Assembly (NCBI GenBank): GCA_963718235.1
Contig: CAVQYR010000001.1
Span: 1,536,001-1,600,000 of the forward strand
Length of the DNA stretch: 64,000 nt
DNA from: an uncultured Actinomycetota bacterium
GTDB lineage: Bacteria > Actinomycetota > Actinomycetes > JAHEKZ01
Reading direction: 5' to 3'
In this document: positions 58,511 to 64,000 of the stretch, in pieces
How positions within the stretch are numbered: the stretch's first letter is position 1
Layout: the number at the start of each line of letters is the position of its first letter
The notes under the pieces: model-generated
The model's database searches: none
Seen by the model: only the letters and a program-made list of their open reading frames with translations
Told to the model about the DNA's origin: nothing
Position numbers and translations under genes: made by a program

Positions 58511-59659
58511 GTGGCAGCTCCCCAGAACTACCTGGCGGTCATCAAGGTCGTGGGCATCGGCGGGGGTGGGGTCAACGCCGTCAACCGGATGATCGAGGTC
58601 GGGCTCAAGGGGGTGGAGTTCATCGCCATCAACACCGACGCGCAGGCACTGCTGATGAGCGACGCCGACGTCAAGCTCGACATCGGGCGCGAGCTCACCC
58701 GGGGTCTGGGCGCCGGAGCCGACCCCGAGGTCGGCCGTCGAGCGTCTGAGGACCACCGCGAGGAGATCGAGGAGGTGCTCAAGGGCGCCGACATGGTGTT
58801 CGTCACCGCCGGTGAGGGCGGGGGCACCGGCACCGGAGGTGCACCGGTCGTGGCGAGCGTCGCGCGCGGCCTGGGGGCACTGACGATCGGTGTCGTGACC
58901 CGCCCGTTCGGGTTCGAGGGCCGACGCCGGGCCGTGCAGTCCGAGACCGGCATCGAGGAGCTGCGCGAAGAGGTCGACACGCTGATCGTGATCCCGAACG
59001 ACCGACTGCTGTCGATCAGCGACCGTCAGGTCAGCGTCCTCGATGCGTTCAGGTCGGCCGACCAGGTGCTCATGTCCGGCGTCTCGGGGATCACCGACCT
59101 GATCACGACCCCCGGCCTGATCAACCTCGACTTCGCCGACGTGAAGTCCATCATGCAGGGGGCGGGTACGGCCCTGATGGGGATCGGCTCGTCGCGCGGC
59201 GACTCCCGCGCGGTCACGGCGGCCGAGACCGCGATCTCCAGCCCGCTGCTCGAGGCCTCGGTCGACGGCGCTCGCGGGGTGCTGCTGTCGATCAGCGGAG
59301 GCAGTGACCTCGGGCTGTTCGAGATCAACGAGGCGGCCCGCCTGGTGGCGGAGGCGGCGCACCCCGAGGCCAACATCATCTTCGGTGCGGTCATCGACGA
59401 CGCGCTGGGCGACGAGGTCCGGGTCACGGTCATCGCGGCCGGGTTCGACGGTGGACAGCCGGGGCCGATGCGCACACCGGCCCGTCGGGTGTCCGAGGCC
59501 ACGGCCGAGGACCCTTCGGCCGAGCCCGTGCCGCAGCCGGTCGACGAGGACGTGCGGATCGACCTTCCCGAGCGGCCGGTCGCGTCCCAGCCTCGCCGGA
59601 CGATCGTGTTCGACGACGCCACAGGCGACGACCTCGACGTCCCCGACTTCCTGAAGTAG
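58511..59659 (+). CDS. ftsZ: Cell division protein FtsZ
   Basis: [23 protein letters not shown]-terminal DVPDFLK. Confidence 0.98.
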   Translation: MAAPQNYLAVIKVVGIGGGGVNAVNRMIEVGLKGVEFIAINTDAQALLMSDADVKLDIGRELTRGLGAGADPEVGRRASEDHREEIEEVLKGADMVFVTAGEGGGTGTGGAPVVASVARGLGALTIGVVTRPFGFEGRRRAVQSETGIEELREEVDTLIVIPNDRLLSISDRQVSVLDAFRSADQVLMSGVSGITDLITTPGLINLDFADVKSIMQGAGTALMGIGSSRGDSRAVTAAETAISSPLLEASVDGARGVLLSISGGSDLGLFEINEAARLVAEAAHPEANIIFGAVIDDALGDEVRVTVIAAGFDGGQPGPMRTPARRVSEATAEDPSAEPVPQPVDEDVRIDLPERPVASQPRRTIVFDDATGDDLDVPDFLK

Positions 59660-59671
59660 TCGTCCGCCTCG

Positions 59672-60382
59672 ATGCCGGAGCCGATCACGCAGAGCCGTCG
59701 GGCCGAGCTGGAGGCCAACCTCGCCGACGTGATGCGGCGGATCGCCGACGCCGAGCGCGCGGCCGGGCGGGCTCCTGGCTCGGTCAGGCTCGTGGTGGTC
59801 ACGAAGACCTGGCCGCCCTCCGACGTCGCTGCGCTTGCCGCCCTGGGGGTCACCGACGTGGGCGAGAACAAGGACCAGGAGGCGGCACCCAAGGCGGCCG
59901 CAGTGGGCGACCTCGGGCTCACCTGGCACTTCGTGGGACAGCTGCAGACCAACAAGGCCCGTTCGGTGGCCCGGTACGCCGACGTCGTCGAGTCGGTCGA
60001 TCGACTGCGCCTCGTGGCCGCGCTGGACTCCGCGGCGCAGCGGGCCGGTCGCCCCCTGCGCTGCCTGGTGCAGGTGGGGCTCGACCCCGAGCCGGGGCGC
60101 GGGGGCGCCGCGACCGACGAGGTGGAGGCCATCGCCGAGGCGGTGCAGGCCAGTGCCTGGCTGGAGCTGGGCGGCCTGATGGCCGTTGCGCCACTGGAGG
60201 CAGACCCGGATGCGGCGTTCGCGACCCTGGCCGGCATCGCCGCGGAGTTCCGACGCGCGCACCCGCAGGCTGGGGACCTGTCCGCGGGGATGAGCCACGA
60301 CCTCGAGGCGGCGATCGCCCACGGGGCGACACACGTGCGTGTCGGCCGTGCGGTGCTCGGCCCGCGCGCCGCAGTCGGGTAG
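59672..60382 (+). CDS. yggS: YggS/YlmE PLP homeostasis protein
   Basis: VVTKT, GEN..QE, WHFVGQLQTNK, SAGMSHD, HVRVG. Confidence 0.93.
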   Translation: MPEPITQSRRAELEANLADVMRRIADAERAAGRAPGSVRLVVVTKTWPPSDVAALAALGVTDVGENKDQEAAPKAAAVGDLGLTWHFVGQLQTNKARSVARYADVVESVDRLRLVAALDSAAQRAGRPLRCLVQVGLDPEPGRGGAATDEVEAIAEAVQASAWLELGGLMAVAPLEADPDAAFATLAGIAAEFRRAHPQAGDLSAGMSHDLEAAIAHGATHVRVGRAVLGPRAAVG

Positions 60383-60450
60383 CGTCACAGCGACTCGTCC
60401 ACGACCAGTCACCATGACCGGTTGCCGTCGCCAACGAAGGGGAAATCGAG

Positions 60451-60975
60451 ATGGCCGGCGCGATGCGCAAGATGGCGGTCTACCTTGGCCTGGTCGAGGA
60501 CGACCGGTACGACGAGTACGACGACTACGACGAGTACGACGACCGCCGTTCGACCGGTCGGGAGCGGGACTCCGAGCAGACCCGAGCCCTGCACCCGGTG
60601 CGCGACGACGACACGGCGGCGTCGATCGACCGTCGGGCCGACCGCCCACCGGTGCGCGACCATGCAGCGTCGGCCATCCCGGATGCCGGAGCCCAGGACT
60701 ACCGGATCACCACGCTGCACCCCCGCACGTACAACGACGCGCGGGCGATCGGCGAGGCGTTCCGGGAGAACACCCCCGTGATCATGAACCTCACCGAGAT
60801 GGACGACACCGACGCCAAGCGGATCGTCGACTTCTCCGCCGGTCTGGTGTTCGGTCGGCGGGGCACGATCGAGCGGGTCACCCAGAAGGTGTTCCTGCTG
60901 TCCCCGGCCAACGTCGTGGTCACTGCGGAGCAGAAGCAGCGATTGGCCGAGGGTGGTTTCTTCAACCAAAGCTGA
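60451..60975 (+). CDS. sepF: Cell division protein SepF
   Basis: KMAVYLGL, HPRTYNDAR.IGE.FR, AKRIVDFSAGL, FFNQS. Confidence 0.95.
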   Translation: MAGAMRKMAVYLGLVEDDRYDEYDDYDEYDDRRSTGRERDSEQTRALHPVRDDDTAASIDRRADRPPVRDHAASAIPDAGAQDYRITTLHPRTYNDARAIGEAFRENTPVIMNLTEMDDTDAKRIVDFSAGLVFGRRGTIERVTQKVFLLSPANVVVTAEQKQRLAEGGFFNQS

Positions 60976-60987
60976 CCGGGTCACCTC

Positions 60988-61281
60988 GTGAGCGTCGTCT
61001 GGCAGGTCCTGTACTTCGTCCTGTGGCTCTTCTTCCTCTTCCTGCTGGCTCGGCTGGTCCTCGACCTGGTCCAGCTGTTCGCCCGGGAGTACCGCCCGCA
61101 CGGGTTCATGCTGATCGTGTTCGAGATCGTCTTCTCGGTGACCGACCCTCCGCTGAAGGCGATCCGCCGGGTCCTGCCACCCCTGCGGCTGGGCCAGGTC
61201 CAGCTGGACCTGGCGTTCCTCGTGCTGTTCATCGCGGTGAACATTGCGCTGCGGATCGTGGCCGGGCTGGCCGTCGCCTGA
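60988..61281 (+). CDS. yggT: YggT-family membrane protein (SepG/YlmG)
   Basis: TDPPLK.IRR.LPP, LDLAFLVL. Confidence 0.9.
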   Translation: MSVVWQVLYFVLWLFFLFLLARLVLDLVQLFAREYRPHGFMLIVFEIVFSVTDPPLKAIRRVLPPLRLGQVQLDLAFLVLFIAVNIALRIVAGLAVA

Positions 61282-61387
61282 CCCTTCGGGCCGAGTCGGC
61301 ACGCTCGGTGCGCCTGTCGTACACCCAACGTGACACCGCTGTGGGTAAGGTTTCGCCTGTTCGTACCGATCAGCTCGAGGGGATGCC

Positions 61388-62282
61388 ATGCCGTTGACTC
61401 CGGAAGACGTGCGCGCCAAGGAATTCAGCACGGTGCGCTTCAAGGAGGGCTACGACGAGGACGAGGTCGATGAGTTCCTCGACCAGGTCGAGGTCGAGCT
61501 GACCCGACTGGTCCAGGAGAACAGTGAGCTGCGGGCCGCACTGGCCCGGGGTGGGGCGGCGCCCGCACCTGCACCTGCACCTGCAGCCGCCCGCCCCGCC
61601 CCCGCCCCTGCTGCTGCGGCGGCCGTCCCGGTGGCCGCCGCTGTGGCCGCCACCGATGGCGGTGCCGACCACGCGGCGCGGCTGCTCCAGGCGGCCCAGC
61701 GCACGGCCGACTCGGTCGAGAGCCAGGCTCGGGCCGACGCCCAGCGGATGCTGGCCGAGGCGCAGGCCAAGGCCAACGCCGTGGAGTCCGACGCCGCTGC
61801 CAAGCACCAGCAGGTCATGGCCTCCCTCCAGGCCGAGCGAGCCAAGCTCGAGCACGAGGTCGCCGACCTCAAGGCGTTCGAGCGGGAGTACCGGACCCGG
61901 CTGAAGTCCTACCTGGAGGCCCAGCTGCGCGACCTCGACGCCCGCGGTGGTGGAGAGACCCCGCCGGCACCGCGGTCCGCTCCGGCGGCTGCGGCCCCAT
62001 CGGCTCCAGCGGCGGCTCCAGCAGCACCGGCCGCGCCGGTCCACGCCCCGACACCTCCCGCGCCGGTCCACGCCCCGACACCTCCCGCGGCCCCGCAGCC
62101 GATGAGCCCGTCGTCCGCCCCCGCCGGCCAGTCGTCCGGCGACTCCGGCGCCGGTCAGCAGCCCGCCGCCCGCACCCACGTCGGCACCGCCCGCGGCGCC
62201 ACCCGCCGCACCGCCCGCTCCAGCGTCAGCGCCTCCTGCGGCACCCCCCGCGCCTCCTGCCGGCCCCCCGCGTCAGGCCTGA
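61388..62282 (+). CDS. divIVA: DivIVA/Wag31 with Pro/Ala-rich tail; apparent +1 frameshift at about 62103-62170, true stop probably 62280-62282
   Basis: MPLTPEDV...F...[26 protein letters not shown]; Pro/Ala tail continues in the +1 frame to TGA just before a terminator. Confidence 0.85.
62031..62088 (+). repeat. 27-bp in-frame tandem duplication (APVHAPTPP x2) in the divIVA tail
   Basis: CCGCGCCGGTCCACGCCCCGACACCTC x2. Confidence 0.85.
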
Positions 62283-62310
62283 CCCTCGGCTGGCCCACGA
62301 CCGGCCCACG

Positions 62311-62357
62311 ACGCGCAGGTGGCTCCCGTCCGGATCGGACGGGAGCCACCTGCGCGT
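62311..62357. terminator. Perfect 22-bp inverted repeat, probable bidirectional terminator
   Basis: ACGCGCAGGTGGCTCCCGTCCG-GAT-CGGACGGGAGCCACCTGCGCGT between convergent genes. Confidence 0.85.
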
Positions 62358-62362
62358 TCAGG

Positions 62363-62833
62363 TCAGATGCGTCGACGGAAGGGGTCGCGCGGGGGCGGGG
62401 CCGGCATCGAGATCCGGGCCCCGTCAATCGGGATCCCGGTCAGCCCGAGCACCTTGGTGAGCACGGTCAGCGTGGTCTCGCCGGCGGCGACACCCAGCTC
62501 GGTCACCATGGCCCGGTAGATCGTCACGTAGTGCTTGACCGGGGTGTCGTAGGTCCAGTCGACCGAGCCGAGGTGGATCGCGTCGCCTGGCGTGGTCTCA
62601 GGCCCGTTCCAGGGCTGGTCCCAGACCTGGATCCCGGTGGGTCCGGAGCAGAAGATGCCGCCCAGGCCCACGTCGTGCTCCTTCGCGGCGGCGATGAGCT
62701 GTCGGCTCTCGCGCTCGGCGAGGACCAGCGCCGGCCGCACATTGCTGGCCAGGGCTGGTCGGGCGACTGCGTTCGCCTTGAGGCGCACGTTGGGCAACGC
62801 TTTCGGTTGAGCGGCTGTCTGGTGGTGTGACAC
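62363..62833 (-). CDS. Hypothetical protein
   Basis: 156-aa ORF with globular composition, GGGGAGG RBS, ends at the terminator. Confidence 0.72.
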   Translation of the reverse strand: MSHHQTAAQPKALPNVRLKANAVARPALASNVRPALVLAERESRQLIAAAKEHDVGLGGIFCSGPTGIQVWDQPWNGPETTPGDAIHLGSVDWTYDTPVKHYVTIYRAMVTELGVAAGETTLTVLTKVLGLTGIPIDGARISMPAPPPRDPFRRRI

Positions 62834-62984
62834 TTGGGACCTCCCCGAGCCTATGGCGCTCCGACACGTCGGGCACCGGGCGATCTCGTTGCTTACCTAT
62901 CGGCTCGACCCTCCCCCCTCCTGGTTGAGCCGAACGGGTGATCCTGCTCGCCCAGCCGGTCAAGAAGGGTCGGCCCATGGTCGA

Positions 62985-64000
62985 TCATGCGCGCTCGAGC
63001 CAGAACACCAGCCCCAGATCGTCGTTGCGGTGCTCGGTCAGCTGGGTGGCCAGACCCGGTGACGGCGCCCCGCGGGTCAGCTCCAGGGCCAAGACCTCCT
63101 CGGCGACCAGAGGCCCGTGCTCGTCCAGAGCGACGGCGAGCTCGGACCCCTCGTCGGCCGCCCACCAGAGGTGGATCCGGTCGGCCACCTCCAGACCGGT
63201 CGTCTTGCGTGCCTCCTGGAACAGCCGCACGCACTCCCGCACCAGCCCGAGTCGGCGCAGCTCCGGAGTGAGGGTGAGGTCCAGTGCGAGGCTCTCGCCG
63301 GCGTCGTGCGCCACGGCCCAGCCCTCGCGCGGCGTCTCGGTCACGATCACGTCGTCGGGGGACAGCTCGATCGACTGGCCGTCGACGGTGAGGCGGGCCG
63401 AGCCGGTCTCGCGCAGGGTCGTCGCCAGACGTGCGGCGTCGGCGGACGCCACAGCGGCGGCGACGGTCGGCGTCTGCTGTCCGAAGCGCTTGCCGAGGGT
63501 CCGGAAGTTGGCCTTGGCGCTCACCTCGACCAGCTCGTCGCCGGATGTGCCCAGTCCGATCACGTCGACCACGTTCAGCTCGTCGGCCAGCTGGTCGCGC
63601 AGACCGTCCGGGACGGCATCCCACCCCGAAGCGCCGACGAACGCACGGGGCAGGGGCTGCCGGGTCTTGATCCCGCTGTCGGCCCGGGCGGCGCGGCCGA
63701 GCTCGACCAGACGTCGGACCAGGCTCACCTGGGTGCCCAGAGCGTCGTCGACGAGCGCCTCGTCGGCGTCGGGCCATCGGGCCAAGTGCACCGACGAGGG
63801 GGCCTGCGGGTCGGTGCTGACCACGAGGTCCTGCCATACCTGCTCGGTGACGAACGGGGTGAACGGGGCCATGAGCAAGGTCAGCGTGCGCAGGACCTCG
63901 TGCAACGTGGCGAGCGCGTCGGTGTCGCCTCGCCAGAAGCGGCGTCGGGAACGGCGCACGTACCAGTTCGAGAGGTCGTCGACGAAGTCGGCGATCAGCC
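62985..64000 (-). CDS. ileS: Isoleucyl-tRNA synthetase, C-terminal part (runs off the window)
   Basis: WYVRRSRRRFW, LMAPFTPF, SVHL..WP, KTRQPL, ELNV, RK..GLEVADRI. Confidence 0.93.
   Translation of the reverse strand, partial: LIADFVDDLSNWYVRRSRRRFWRGDTDALATLHEVLRTLTLLMAPFTPFVTEQVWQDLVVSTDPQAPSSVHLARWPDADEALVDDALGTQVSLVRRLVELGRAARADSGIKTRQPLPRAFVGASGWDAVPDGLRDQLADELNVVDVIGLGTSGDELVEVSAKANFRTLGKRFGQQTPTVAAAVASADAARLATTLRETGSARLTVDGQSIELSPDDVIVTETPREGWAVAHDAGESLALDLTLTPELRRLGLVRECVRLFQEARKTTGLEVADRIHLWWAADEGSELAVALDEHGPLVAEEVLALELTRGAPSPGLATQLTEHRNDDLGLVFWLERA

Overview
High-GC actinobacterial chromosomal segment with no phage, CRISPR or IS elements. Left to right: lipid/carbon metabolism genes (esterase, acyltransferase, glpK, pfk); a class II DAHP synthase with a +1 frameshift; ada/alkA-ogt; a class I-beta DAHP synthase (aroF) preceded by an unannotated Trp/Phe/Tyr leader-peptide attenuator; nfo and the pknL/Rv2175c pair; a dispersed carotenoid cluster (crtYc/Yd, crtB, crtI, crtE, crtD-like, cruF, GT2, crtA-like) interrupted by an RNase-barstar pair, metF and two tandem PLP decarboxylases; small accessory genes; a LexA-boxed four-gene mutagenesis operon (ImuB-C-like small protein, SAV_6107-type HEPN protein, dnaE2, catalytically intact dinB; no imuA/imuB); a MoxR-DUF58-transglutaminase operon; the dcw cluster (mraZ to divIVA, with the mraW RNA motif and an unannotated 54-aa membrane peptide); and the 3' end of ileS. 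Strongest leads: the triple-aromatic aroF attenuator and the ImuAB-less SOS cassette containing a HEPN protein. Family names come from motif recognition, not database searches.
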